Positions 35,990 to 48,479 of a stretch of DNA of 64,000 nucleotides are shown here, piece after piece. The translations under genes were made by a program, and so were the position numbers. The notes below the pieces were generated by a model. The model ran no database searches. It was given only the letters and a program-made list of their open reading frames with translations, and was not told where the DNA came from. Positions within the stretch are counted from its first letter, which is position 1. Each line of letters starts with the position of its first letter. This stretch comes from Nemertoderma westbladi (lineage: Eukaryota; Animalia; Xenacoelomorpha), in the NCBI GenBank assembly GCA_032718475.1, contig JAUCBJ010003342.1, positions 50,216 through 114,215 on the forward strand. Direction: 5' to 3'.

Positions 35990-37632
35990 GTGATGGAAAA
36001 TTTGGAGTGCCAACTCACCGTACAATATATAACAATATCTCAAAACAAGAAACAAAACAAGAATGAAGAGATGCTCGTCTATGCATCTTATAAAAATCTT
36101 GAGATTTTAAATGGAGCAAATGTCATTGTGATGGAAACAGGAAATACAATCACCCAGAGTTCTACAATCCGGGTCAGTTGTATACTATATCCCTATTGTT
36201 AATGGTGAGTGTCATCTGCTGGTATAACATTGATGAAAGGAGTTGGAACCCCATCATATCACAACCTGTTCTTTAAGCTTAGGGAAGAGTTATTTGTCCG
36301 ATTTGGTGCCACAAGATTGGTTATCGCTGAAGCTACATGGCTATTTGTTTATAAGTTGGCTGCCATAGAAAGTTGTCAACACGTTCGTGGGGCCTTCGCG
36401 CAGGACAAGGCTCAGTTATCAGATACAGATTAAAATTGAGCAATTCTAACCCAAAATTGGTACTTAGAAATTTAAATAAATAATTAAGAAGTTTAACCAA
36501 ACCGCCAAAAAGAATAAATCAAAGAGAAGAAAGTTCCCCCCTCGCTTCAACCGCCCACTTAATCTGCACCACCCCAACAACCCAAAGGAGCACAGAGGAT
36601 AAATGAAAGGTAGGATATAGCAAGCTGGCTTATTAGTTACACTAGTAAGTAGTACCTGCCTCATGTCCTATAGATGTAATTACCCGTGGCCAAGTAGTGG
36701 TGAGATGATTGGACTGGTTCCCATCGAATAGGCAATATCAAGAATGCCAAGGATTGATCGAGCTGGAAGTATAGAGTGATGGAATGCATTTTAACTTAAT
36801 TACGTTTTGATTAATTAAAAACACATTTCTTAATGCACATCTCTTGAACTAATTAAAAACTATAATGGAATGGGGTATGGGGAATACAGTTGTATAATTT
36901 TTAAGTATAAATTATTTAAATCTTATACTTGAAAATAATTAATATCCTTTAAGAGGCAGGTTGAAATTGCTGTTTTTACCCTAATCAACTTAATTAACTA
37001 ATTAACTGCTATTATCTTAGCTTCTCGAAGGCCACACAGAAATTCAATTTGAAAAATTCCTAAACTTTTGCCAGACTACATGTGTACCAAGTTTGGATAG
37101 ATTTCATTAAGAATTGGCTGAATTATTAACGTTTAAAATTGAACACAACAGAAAAACAGACATACCGATTGAGTTAGTGGTACCTGTATGCTAAGCACGC
37201 TTACTTTCGTCGCTCGCACTACAGGCTTTTCCAGCAAGTAAGATATATGGTTGTGCATTCCACTATGCAAACGCTATAAACGAGAAACGCGATAAGATAG
37301 GATTCAACACTCAAGACGGTTTGCAAGAAATCAGCTGAATCATAAAGTTATGGTCCAAACAAATCTGTACCCTCCCCTTTGTGCCAGACTGTCACCATCT
37401 CCATTTCGCGAATATGCTAATAAACATGAACCTACCAGTTCTCAGCAACCACATAAAAAATGGTATACTGCAATTCCGAAACTACTTTAAGGAATTCTGG
37501 ATGAGACCCAATGTTTTCCCTCTTTGGGGCCAGTTTGGGAACTTTGAGGCCCATGAACCACCAACTACAGCACTGGCACAACAGCCTCCATTCACTCCTT
37601 TCCAACTAACATTCATTCATTCATTTGTTTAA
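35990..37632 (+). mobile_element. Degraded Mutator-like (MULE) transposase fragments with later insertions
   Basis: EMLVYASYKNLEILNGA..; GQLYTI; LM..SYHNLFFKLRE; FRNYFKEFWM..PLW resemble MULE DDE transposase segments. Confidence 0.55.
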
Positions 37633-38164
37633 TTCGGACCAGCCGACAATAAAATCATTAGAATAACTGAACACAATTACATAAATATACAACAGTTAAT
37701 ATGTGATAAATAATGACATTACACGTGTACTTCATGAAGTAAAAAGAGGTTCGCCTCTTGATTGACTTATTGGAAAGTTGGTACTTTTAATGGCGGCTAA
37801 CTGGGTGCCTGCTTCATCTCGACGTTTGGATGATGTAGGGACTATTCATATTGTTATTAATGATGTGGGTATTGCTGACCATATGACTGCTGTTATTTTA
37901 TCGTGACCCAACTATCATAATAAATAATATAAAAAGGAGATTCTCAGATTCTTAAAAGGTCATAATGACAGTTGTGACCTCTGGTGACCTCCAATTTGGT
38001 ATTGGTATTGAATCTTAAAACTGACTAGATAAAAACGTACTCCAGATAGCATAAAATGGCACACAATTAAATCAAATTAAGTTATTTGAATTAAAGAATT
38101 AAATTTTCCGAATATGTTCTGACTAAAAAGAATATATCTGATAAAGCAATTAAAATAAATACGA

Positions 38165-39386
38165 CTAAATTATGGCAAAATATTCCTTTATGCAGTTTCG
38201 TTTTTCCAGCAATGTCAGGGATTGTAAGTCGAAGCAGGCCGCAATGAAGCCGGCGTTCGCAGTATCTGCCGAAGTCGGTGCGCCCAAGACCATCCGGTTA
38301 ACAATGGATTCCTTCACGTACTGGTACATTAGTATAGACTCGAGTTGCGGTAATGGATGTTCAAGAGCAGCGCTGTGATACGCACTAAGGATACCTCGGC
38401 CACCCTTCGTTCCACCAGGTGAGAGACTCGATACTGCGAGGCTGATAAAGACACTATGAAGTGCCTTGTTGCGGCACTCGTACATTGTCAGTGTGCCCAC
38501 CGCGAGTCAAAGAGCCTCCTGCGAGATCGGCCTGAGCTGCGACAGATGATAGAGTGTGGTGTTCCTGATGTAGCAGCAAACGTTGAGTAGACTACGGAGC
38601 GCGTTTCTATAGGTGATATCAAGGGGGGTCACATCGCATTGGTTGAGGGCTCCAATGTGTAATTTTAGCAAGTAGACAATAGCCGGTAACGCAATGGATC
38701 GCCAAAGGTTAAACACGGCTGCCACACCAGGAGCCACCTCGTGGACCAACCCTTTGACTGGAACATGTGGGCCAGAGCAGCGATTTTCTGCACCGATGCA
38801 CCCAGAGGGTTGGTCATAGCCTGGGCTAAGTTGTAGCCCAGAAAGGTCCACGAGTTCTTGGCAGGGATCAGTTGGCCTTCTAATGTGATGAAAGTTGGGA
38901 GATGTAGAGATCGTTGGTTCGAAAAAACCGACCAGTTGATTTTACTCTTTTCCACTGACAGCTTTATGTTTTTGGCGCTTGAGCTAAACGTAGTGTACAG
39001 CTGCTTAATGTTTGGCGCTGTTAGCCATCAACAGAAAATTGTCAGCATATGAGATTGCTCCCAACCAGATCGAGTTAATTGATTATCTGATGTTTGTGTC
39101 CTGAAGGTCATCAATAATACTCCGAGTATATAGATTGAACAGGAGGCGATAGGAGCGACCCCTGTTTAACTCCGCAGGAGACTTGGATTCCGTCGCTGTC
39201 TACTATACCGGCAAACTTTAGGAATATCGTACTGACGGTGTAATAGTTTAGCACGGTCGCGACCACATGGGGGTTGATGAATTCCAACATCTTGCGACCG
39301 AGTGCGTCATAGTCTACCGTGTCGAACGCCTACTCAATGTCCAGCTGACATAGGAACAGTGGCGATTTGCTGGATAGATTGTTCTC
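38165..39386 (-). mobile_element. Decayed non-LTR retrotransposon RT, 3' part; interrupted by element B
   Basis: LCQLDIE*AFDTVD; CGVKQGSLLSP/LFNLY; ISYADN; continues across TSD TTCTC from 61803-61930. Confidence 0.8.
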
Positions 39387-40568
39387 TGTTCGCGCTTTCA
39401 GACCTTTAGCAGTTTAACCTGCCAAATTTAGATGTCTTCTAGATTATAAATCGACTTTAGCCTATGACGAGTATTTGATACACTACATTAGACGAAGCCA
39501 GTCTATGCGCGACCATTCACCCGCTGGATATACCCGGGAGACTGGATTCGGAAGCTTTGACCTTATTGCGGTGTAGGCCTACTGTATTATTCGACTGATC
39601 GTTAATATATAATTTCTGACAAATATTATTCACTTTCGGGAAATATTAACAGTTCCTTTAGGACGTGGCGCTCTAAATATGTAAACAGAGTTATGACTTA
39701 CACTAGACACAATGGGATGGCTATTGATTCACGTATAAAGCGCATTCTTTAGGAGATGCTTTGTTATCAGTCACAATCATGCACACTACCGCACAATACT
39801 GCACACCGATCTGCCGACCTTTACTAATTTTAGTCACATATAAAGAGAACAACAACCGACACATGTAGTGCCTATGAAATAGCATTAGATTCACTCCAAA
39901 ACCAATATAATGTAAGTCGCAATTGTTATATGTAACCGGTCTCTTACCTTCAGTATATCAAGAAGATTGGGGGTTTTATAATTATTTATCGATATTATCC
40001 AATATAATAATATTCCATCAACTGATATAATTAATAACCGACAGTAAATAGCAGTAAAAATGCGGTATTTGTAGTTGACAATATGATTTGACACACTGAC
40101 TTGCATGAGTTGATATGATTAGGTGAGGTAACAGTTATATGTTTCTATGATCAAGCCTACTAATGTTTGGCTAAAGCCTGAAACACAGAAATTCCAAAGC
40201 CGGTCTTCTGGCTGTGGACAAAATACACATACTGACTGAATTGCATGAGTTTCTGTATACAATCTCCAACACAGAGTGAAAACCGCTCTGATTGGTCGAC
40301 CGAACAAAGAACGAACAAAGAACAAAGAAAAGTTACACGTGGACATAGCTGATAGATGTCGTCATCGGAGTTCCGATGTTTAGAGTATTTGGCTTATTGC
40401 GACATAAAATCGCTAGTTATGTCCGCTAAAGTACACATACAGAAGAAATGGCTTTTTATGTCCACTAAAACACCGGTACAGTAAGGAAACGGCTTTTTAT
40501 GTCTGTTAAAACAACTACAGAGTACTTTGCAGGGAAAATAACCAGCTAATTCCGCAAAAGCCTTTACA
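39387..40568 (-). repeat. 3' LTR of element B (1182 bp)
   Basis: tgttcgcgctttcag...gcctttaca; matches 60631-61802. Confidence 0.95.
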
Positions 40569-42575
40569 CCGCTCCCAGAAAATGGGATTTAATTCTATAA
40601 AATATAAAAAATCACAGTTTCTAAAATATAAAAATACTCTAAACAGTAAGTCTTTCTTACGCGGACGGCGTTTACGCAGTTTTTTGAGGCTAGCAAGAGT
40701 CCTTTTTTCTTTGGGGCGAGCCACTTTACTAGGAGGGCTATAACTCCTGGGTGAAGGGTGCAATACAATTGCATCAGAAGGTTTAGGATTACGATCGGTG
40801 TATCCGCCGGTCGAGGTACCTGGTTGATCGATATCAACTTCAGTGGAGCGAGGTCTAACGGCCTTTAGGGCGCGTCTTAGGACAGCAGCTCCTACTGGTC
40901 CCTGACGAGTCGTCTGGACAATAGCGGTAGGTGGACCGTGAGTGGTGAGAAACTTCCTCGGTTTAATGGTTCTTTCCAGCTCGCGTTCTCTGGCTCGATA
41001 TTCGTAGGGCCGTCGAGATACTTCCTGTAACTCAGGGTGCGAGTTGATAAATAAATCGCCATACTCAGGGTCTTGACGGATGAAATTGATCAAATGGTAT
41101 GAATTAATAACGTTAGGATTGACATTCCTGAGATATTTTCGAACAAATTTGGTGGAAATACACTCACCAACACGCTTCATTAGTTCGTAACTCGGTGTGC
41201 GTGTTTTTTGTTCAACAGATGCGAATAGATAATGATGGAACGCGTAAACTCCCTCGTAGGCGCGTCTAGGGTAATAGCGATGGCGTGACTCACAATGCAA
41301 ATCCGCGTTCGCTTCCCAAGCTCGGATGTAGCGCAGGGTAATTATTTCATCTACGCTTTCCAGATCGCGGTTAAAAGGGCAATTAAAACTGGCATGTCCT
41401 TTAAGTTGACAGTGGTGGCATTGATTCATAAATTGAGGGCAGACTGCAAAAATGTGCGAGTTATTGAGTCTGCAATGCGCACAATAGATCTCCATCATCG
41501 GTTGTTCATGGAAATAGGAGCAGGGTACGTCTGAGTCCATAGGGGTGAAATGATCTCTCGATGCGCATAATCGGCAACGTTTTCGAGAAACATAGTTGGC
41601 GTGCCGATAATCGTATGCGGTGAGACATTGTGGACCTTGATACCATTCCAAGACGTAGTCGTTATCGCCGCTCCGGGGCGCTGTAGGCTGAATCTCCTCA
41701 GATTCTAAGCATATTGGTTCGTCTTCCAATTGCATAGCTGAGATAGGTGCGGCTGTCTCCGCAAGCGAACCCACTGTCTGAACTTCCACGACAGAATAAC
41801 CCGTGGGTATTCGAGGTCTTTGTATAACAGATGAATGTAAGTTCTGTATACAAATGTCCTTGAAAAGGGCGAATCCCGCGCTGTTTAACTTCTCCGCAGC
41901 TGAGTCTCTTAGGCTGAGTTTGGTCAGAGCGCGGTCCTTGAACTGACTATCAACGTTACGGAACGGAGTCAGAAAGCGCCTGAAACATTCAAAGCGGATG
42001 AATTTATTGTGTTCATCTAGCTTGGCGAGTTTGGTTCCAAGTATTAAGGGATGGGCGCGTATGGTACGACTGCACACATCGGCTAGCCAACCGGCAAGTG
42101 CGGCGTTTTCAAAGATCGTGTATATAGCTAAGGAGGGACGAAGTGGAACACTCATAAAGCTATACACGGCGCCAGGTGCGGTCAATGGTCCGTCAAAGTA
42201 TAATCGAGAATAATGATCTCCATATACTTGTTGATAGTTGATAGGATTTCCAACCTTGAAATTCCATCCGTATTCTTGAAAGGCAAGATGTCCGATGGAG
42301 GTTCGTTGTACTTTAGTAATGCCGCTGGGTGTATTTGCATACATAGTGCAGAAGAAACCTCGGCCTTCTGCCCAGGGAGCAATCAGCTGAGTATCTACGA
42401 AAGGATATGGGATATTCTCCATGTTCCGAAAGTCGTTTTGGAGATCTCCATAAACAGCTGAGCCGATTTTAAGGATTCTTTCGTTAAACAACATCTCAAG
42501 CACGGGCTGGGGTAACATCGATCCATCGATACCCATGGCTGGTTTGCGCTCGGTGTCGGTGACGTAACGCTGTGC
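40515..42575 (-). CDS. Element B ORF3, C-terminal 686 aa: rest of DEDDy-like exonuclease plus three CCHC knuckles and basic tail
   Basis: LPQPVLEMLFNERILKIGSAVYGDL; FVDTQLIA; SIGHLAFQEYG; PLRPSLAIYTIFEN; CRLC..H..C, CAHC..H..C, CHHCQLKGHASFNC; in frame with 50197-52521 once C is removed. Confidence 0.85.
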   Translation of the reverse strand, partial: AQRYVTDTERKPAMGIDGSMLPQPVLEMLFNERILKIGSAVYGDLQNDFRNMENIPYPFVDTQLIAPWAEGRGFFCTMYANTPSGITKVQRTSIGHLAFQEYGWNFKVGNPINYQQVYGDHYSRLYFDGPLTAPGAVYSFMSVPLRPSLAIYTIFENAALAGWLADVCSRTIRAHPLILGTKLAKLDEHNKFIRFECFRRFLTPFRNVDSQFKDRALTKLSLRDSAAEKLNSAGFALFKDICIQNLHSSVIQRPRIPTGYSVVEVQTVGSLAETAAPISAMQLEDEPICLESEEIQPTAPRSGDNDYVLEWYQGPQCLTAYDYRHANYVSRKRCRLCASRDHFTPMDSDVPCSYFHEQPMMEIYCAHCRLNNSHIFAVCPQFMNQCHHCQLKGHASFNCPFNRDLESVDEIITLRYIRAWEANADLHCESRHRYYPRRAYEGVYAFHHYLFASVEQKTRTPSYELMKRVGECISTKFVRKYLRNVNPNVINSYHLINFIRQDPEYGDLFINSHPELQEVSRRPYEYRARERELERTIKPRKFLTTHGPPTAIVQTTRQGPVGAAVLRRALKAVRPRSTEVDIDQPGTSTGGYTDRNPKPSDAIVLHPSPRSYSPPSKVARPKEKRTLASLKKLRKRRPRKKDLLFRVFLYFRNCDFLYFIELNPIFWERCKGFCGISWLFSLQSTL

Positions 42576-42580
42576 GAGTT

Positions 42581-43118
42581 TGTTAGCTTATCCAATTCCG
42601 CTAACACAAACCCATAGAGTGAGCCATTAAGCAATATTGGGAGCACGAGGTTGATTACCAATATCAACCTCGTGTTACCCCAATAAAGTGGGAAGGGAAG
42701 GAGAAACACACAATGGAGGGTCAGGGGCCAAACCCCTAACCAAGAGAGAACACAAGGAGTGAAGGGAAACACTCCAAAGGGTGCCAACAGGGATATCAAC
42801 CAATCAGAGGGGGGAAAGGCATCGATTAGGTACAGCAATAAGGCCACCGTGCAATATAACCAGTTACCAGTAATCATACCAGTCAGTTATCCCAGTATCA
42901 TATTGGTGCTAGTTAGGTTAGATAGTTTAGCTAGGGAAGGACCGGGACTTTAGTTACCGTATCCCGCCTTCCGTGTACAACAACCTACTGCCATCTATAT
43001 CTTATTAGACTGATCATTATATACACCGAACATCAGAACTCATTTTACTCTTTACACACGGCGGGGACGCGTGAACTAAACATCGGATAAATCGGGATCC
43101 CTCCTGGATCCCGTCACA
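42581..43118 (+). repeat. 5' LTR of element C (538 bp)
   Basis: Matches 49655-50196; AATATAA at ~42853 and TCAGTT initiator at 42883. Confidence 0.95.
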
Positions 43119-43127
43119 GTAACTAAA
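43119..43127 (+). promoter_or_regulatory. Non-canonical primer-binding-site position of element C (GTAACTAAA)
   Basis: Abuts the LTR terminal CA; complementary to TTTAGTTAC at 42949-42957. Confidence 0.6.
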
Positions 43128-43187
43128 TCCGTGCTGCTGCCCTGGATAAACTCAATAACCACCAGCCACCAATCACTAAAGACGAAG

Positions 43188-45988
43188 ATGAGTCGAGAGA
43201 GAGGAACGACACCGCCGCGGACCCCGGACGACGATCTAACGATCCGCGAGGCCACGGCGAGACGATACGAACCCACGACGCCGGTCGATGCTACGTCGAC
43301 CACGTCGACGCCGGTTGACGCCACGTCGATAACGAGCAACCCGGCGAACCAAGATGTGGGGGGTCGTCTACGAGGAGAGAGCGAGTCGAGTAGAGGAGAG
43401 AGTGAGACGGGAGAGGAGAAAGACGAGTCGACGCGGAGCGAGGGTCGACGTACCGATGTCGCCGGCCAGCCACAGGCCGAGGGCGACGGACGGCCCACCG
43501 GAACGGCAACGGTGGGGCCGACGGTACGACGCCGAACCCGGAGGGAGAGAGGAGATGTCGACGACGAGGACGTCGGGGTCGTCCGGCTCCGACGAGCCTA
43601 CGCCGCGACCCGGGAACAACTGAAGGAAGCTAGAGGAGGGGCTGAGATAGACCAGGTGAAGTTGAGGAGACGACTAGGTGAGTCGAACAGATACTTTGAT
43701 TACCTAGTGCGTTCTGGGCAGGGAGAACTGGCCGAGGAGAGAGCGAGAGGGGTTGCCTTCGAACTGTTTGGGCTATGGGAACGTAGGGGTATGGGGCCTG
43801 GTGTAGTGTACATAGGGCCATACTTAGTCGATGCCAGGGAAGTTAAGTTAGTGGGTTGGGCGGGACCGCACGAGGGCGAATCCGAGGTTAGCTCCGAGGA
43901 TTCGGTCTCGTCGGTCAGCGAGGACCCCGGAAAGCGGGGGAAAGTTGGTAGGACGGAGGGGCGGCGGGAGTCCGTCGCAACCGATAAGTCTGCTACATCC
44001 TCCGCAAAAGAAAGAAGGGTGCAGGAGATAAATCTGGCTGCATATAAATTAAAAATTGAAGAATTAGAGTGGCGACTGAGGGGAAGGAAGGAGCGAGAGA
44101 GTGAACGCGAAGAGCGTGAGGCAAGAGAACAGAGCGTGCGGTACACGTACAGTACGTACAGTAACCGTACGGGCGGGGGGGGTAGTAGTAGTGCGTTAGG
44201 AAATATTGGTATTAATAGTACCGTAGTAAATAACCCTAATCCCTTTATTACAGGAAATATTTTACCCGGTAGTAGTAATTTAAGTTTAAATTCAAATAAT
44301 AATATTAATTCAAATATTCAGAATAATCAAAATAATTCAGAATAGTTTAAATTAAATAAAAAATAATTTAAATAATAATCCCGTTTCAAAATTCTAATAA
44401 TTTAATTGATTTAACAAATAATATTGGGAATGGTGCTATTAATGTGAACGCGTCAGACGTGTATAGCCCGGCAGACGGCGGCCTGGTAGGCCACGTAGTT
44501 AGTAGGCAGGAAGTGGCGCGGTTGAGCCAACCCGAGGTGGGCCTGGTAGGCCACGCAGTAGTAGAGAGAGAGGCGGGGGTGAATAGACCCGGCCGCAGTA
44601 GAGACAGTGTGTCGACTAGAGAGGGGTGTAGAGACGAAGTAAGAGATATTGAAGTTAGATGTGGCGGGTGGGGGGGGGGGGGGCTACGGGCGCCCCACCA
44701 CATGAGATTAGCGGCGAGAGAGGGGGGGCAGAGAATGCCCCACAAGAGGGGTGTAGAAGTGTAGTAAGAGGTAGTGAAGTTAGAAGTGGCGGGTGGGGGG
44801 GGGGGCTACGGGCGCCCCACCACAGAAGATTAGTGGCGAGAGAAAGGGGGTAGAGAGTGTCCGACAAGAGGGACGCAGAAGTGTAGTGAGAGATAGTGAA
44901 GTTAGAAGTGGCGGGTGGGGGGGGGGGCTACGGGCACCCCACCGCGAGAGATTAGTAGCGAGAGAGGGGGGGCAGAGAGTGTCCCACAGGCGTCAGCGGA
45001 TAATGCGCGGGCCGAATTAGGTAAACCGCAACACCCGGCGACGGAGAGTAATAGGGGGATTGCGAGTATCCCCAGCGGCGTGCGATCGAGCAGAGAGAGA
45101 CAGGTTGACGTCGCGAGAGGGCGGGCGACGGAACGTCGAGCCCAGTCAGAGGATAGGAGATCAGTAGAGTTTAATAGAGAGGTCGAAGATAGAAGAAGAT
45201 TAGTAGAGTTTAGCCGAGAGGTCGAAGAGAGAAGGAGTGAAGATAATAGGAGAGTCGTTGCTAGGGGCAACCGGAGAGCGAGGACGGATAGCGAGCCGTC
45301 GATAGTAGAGATGGAGGTAGGGAGTCAGTGGGGTCGAACTTCGGGAGATTGCCGTCGCCCCGGAGAAACGCACCGCACACCAAGAGAGGGGTACAGGATG
45401 TACCGATACGAAGACGAGAGCAGGATAGGGGATCGAAGGAAAGCTTCCCGACGTGATATAGCTGCCGATCGAGAGTACGGTAGTCGCGGGGAGATTCGAG
45501 ATTCGCGAAGAATAAACTTCGGTTCGGAAGGGCACATGCAGACTGCAGGACATACTGTAGGCCTTACTGCACATACTATTATAGGCCATGCTGGGAGAGA
45601 TAGAGTAGGCGATAGGGTAGCGCGAACGACGGGATTAAACCCGGAAGTCGCGGAGTACATACCGGTAGGTAGGCGAGAGGTAGGTAGGCCTATATCGGTA
45701 CAGCAGCATGACTATAATACACAGGGACATAACATATATCCAGGGGAGGGGGGAATTATTGCAGATAGATGTATGGGCCCCAATATATTAACATCAACCC
45801 CAGTACCAAACATACCGGTGGGAGGGGGACAGGGTGACATTCCCCCATCACAATATCAACAATATACCCCAATAGGAGCGAGAACATCGAACCCCTTGGA
45901 CGAGAACAGATCATGCGACACGGAAATATGGAGGGGGCCGTTACCCCCAATGATATATCCGACGCAACAAGAAATCAACAACAGATAG
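43188..45988 (+). pseudogene. gag: Element C Gag N-terminal region, broken by stops and frameshifts
   Basis: Low-complexity R/E/G-rich ORFs 43131-44345 and 44915-45988 upstream of the Gag core; first ATG at 43188. Confidence 0.55.
44620..44990. repeat. ~123-bp tandem repeat (3 copies) with poly-G tracts inside element C gag
   Basis: gaagttaga(t/a)gtggcgggtg(G)nctacggg at 44651, 44776, 44898. Confidence 0.85.
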
Positions 45989-46055
45989 GACGGACGGACC
46001 GCACCCAACAGGAGAAACTATACAACATCCATCGAACCCATTAGAAGCGCAAGCG

Positions 46056-48263
46056 ATGGGAATGGCCACATTGATCGATGCGTTAAAAACTAGGATCGAG
46101 TTACCACCTGTGGAACCATTTAAATTCGATGGGAGTAGGCCGGAAGAATATCTACAGTTTCGGCGCATGTATAGTAATGAAATACTAACAAAGAACTTGA
46201 CGCAGGCGGAGTGCCTAAAATATCTGCAAGTATATACTGGAGGCCCAGCATACGACATCGTGAGGCAATACCAGGGCATCGAGGGCGGCTTCACAACAGC
46301 ATGGCGGGCGCTAGATAGGGAATACGGGCACCCGGCCAAGATCATCCGGCAAACCCTGAGAGGCATAACATCGGATGGCCTACAGGACAATCCCGTTAGC
46401 ATAAGGACCTTTGCAAACAAGGTCGAGAAGGCGTTAATCGTGTTAAAGACGCTAGACGCACCATACGAACTCAACGCGTCTAACAACATCACCACGATAG
46501 CGCAGGCACTGCCGGTCTGGTTACGAAGGAAGTGGAGGAAAATCGCTTTCTCCACACGTGAGAAGAAAGGTGCGGAACCGGGCCTAGAAGAAATGTCGAG
46601 CTTCCTCAACTATGAAGCCGAATTAATAACAGACCCAGTCTATAGCGAGGATAGTTTGGGGACAAGCCATAAACCCGAACACGATCCTGCAGATCCATTC
46701 CCGAGAGTAGGACAATCACTACCACATGCGGCCACACAGGGGACTGCTAGTCCACAGTTAGCTGGTAGCAGGGCCACACCGTGGCGGGGACAGAAAGAAA
46801 ATAACACCATAAATAAACATAATCCCAATGTACCCAGTAGGCCGAATACAGACAACCAAAACACTAAATCGGTACATATAAACCTAGGCGCGATACGTGA
46901 GGGACTATACAGGGAACGCTATAACCCAGGATTCGAATGTCAATTACATCGGGACGGAACACATAAGACCAGGAGTTGTAAGCACTGGCAAGCGTTGCCC
47001 AAACAAGATCGTATAGCCTACACAGACGCAAACGGACTATGTCATCGATGTGTGGTAGAAGGGCACAGATCCGGAGAGTGTAGAGAAACAGCAGTTAGAG
47101 AGTCCGAGACTGGAGGCCAGGCAATGGCCACAAGCACGACAGAAGAGGAGAAGAAGAGAAAAGTACTACTCGGGGTAGTACCAGTAAAGATATCAGGAGA
47201 GGGCGGTCGATCAGTAACGACGTTAATGCTGGTCGACAGCGGAGCAGCCTTCACGCTGGTGGAGAACTGGGTGGCCGAAGAGATAGGGCTAAAGACGAGG
47301 CCGAACAGAATGGCGGTAACTACCGTCTCGAGTAAAGATGAGGTCCTGGAGATGAGGACGGGGCGGTGCAGGATAGCAGCGATTGCACCGGGATGCGGCT
47401 ATGGGGCGACGATCGACCCCATCCACGTCATCGAATCGATAAACATCAACGCCAGGCGACCAACCAACATTGAGGTCGAGCAGTATAGATTCCTGGACGG
47501 TATCGATTTCTCAATACCAAAGGTGGACGTTAGGAAGGTGTCCATTATAGTAGGAATGGACTGCCCGACGGCCCATGAGAGGATGAAGACGGTCTTCGGC
47601 GAAGACAGGCAGCGGGACCCGACGGCGATCCTCACGCCGTTCGGATGGACGCTTAGCGGCCCAGTTAAAACTAAGATCCCATGCAGTGTGACAGAGACAT
47701 CTGGGTGCATGATACCAGGCACCGAAGACGCAGAGGAAGTAGAGGAGAAACGAGAGATAGTAGAGCCAGATAGGGAGGTGACAGTAAGAAAGTGGGCAGA
47801 GGAGAGTAGGTTTCCCAGCAAGCATCGGTATGGAGATGAAGCGGAGCAGACGGCGAGGTGTCCGGAGGACAACACTCCAGAGGAGTGTCTGGAGGAGTGT
47901 CTAGAGGAGTGTCCGGAAGAGATGCTGGTCCGGTTTGGAGGCATACCGACAAGGGGGAAGTCGAGAAGGAAGGCAGGATGGAAAGGAATAGGACTACTGT
48001 TCTGCCTGTTCTTTCACTTTCTATTCATTCTGCCGGCGGGAGACAACAAAGAAAGAGATGGCATTTTGATGCCAAGAGAGGACATAGTTAAGAAGGCGGT
48101 GGAGAGACCCGATTTTGGGGTGGTGAAAGGGGGAGAGCCAATTCCAGACGAGTTGGAGTTGGCGAGGAAAGTGGGTGGAAAGATAAGAGGACGCGCAGGG
48201 GGACAGCGGGACAGTGCCTCGTGGAAGAATCGATGGAAGATCGAGGGGCAGCTTAGAGTTTAG
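46056..48263 (+). CDS. gag-pro: Element C Gag core, zinc knuckles and aspartic protease; no RT follows
   Basis: FDGSRPEEYLQF..CLKYL..LDREYG; CHRCVVEGHRSGEC; LVDSGAAFTLV; IIVGMD; TPFGWTLSGP. Confidence 0.9.
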   Translation: MGMATLIDALKTRIELPPVEPFKFDGSRPEEYLQFRRMYSNEILTKNLTQAECLKYLQVYTGGPAYDIVRQYQGIEGGFTTAWRALDREYGHPAKIIRQTLRGITSDGLQDNPVSIRTFANKVEKALIVLKTLDAPYELNASNNITTIAQALPVWLRRKWRKIAFSTREKKGAEPGLEEMSSFLNYEAELITDPVYSEDSLGTSHKPEHDPADPFPRVGQSLPHAATQGTASPQLAGSRATPWRGQKENNTINKHNPNVPSRPNTDNQNTKSVHINLGAIREGLYRERYNPGFECQLHRDGTHKTRSCKHWQALPKQDRIAYTDANGLCHRCVVEGHRSGECRETAVRESETGGQAMATSTTEEEKKRKVLLGVVPVKISGEGGRSVTTLMLVDSGAAFTLVENWVAEEIGLKTRPNRMAVTTVSSKDEVLEMRTGRCRIAAIAPGCGYGATIDPIHVIESININARRPTNIEVEQYRFLDGIDFSIPKVDVRKVSIIVGMDCPTAHERMKTVFGEDRQRDPTAILTPFGWTLSGPVKTKIPCSVTETSGCMIPGTEDAEEVEEKREIVEPDREVTVRKWAEESRFPSKHRYGDEAEQTARCPEDNTPEECLEECLEECPEEMLVRFGGIPTRGKSRRKAGWKGIGLLFCLFFHFLFILPAGDNKERDGILMPREDIVKKAVERPDFGVVKGGEPIPDELELARKVGGKIRGRAGGQRDSASWKNRWKIEGQLRV

Positions 48264-48479
48264 TCGTCCAATATTTGGACTGAGGGGGGTGGGAATGAGG
48301 GCGAGACGCCCTTCCCACAAGAAATTAATTATTTAATTAAAAATAAAAATAAATAATAATAAATAATTAAATAATTAAAATAATAGTTAGTAGAAGTAAG
48401 AAGTAGTTCGAAGATAGGAGAGTAAGTTAGAAGGCGGCGGGGTAAGGGAGTGTGGCATATTGTCATGCATCATTTCACG

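Noticed and set aside
47980-48035. Hydrophobic stretch GIGLLFCLFFHFLFILPA in element C as an env remnant
   Set aside because: Single short segment in a post-deletion tail, with no other envelope features.
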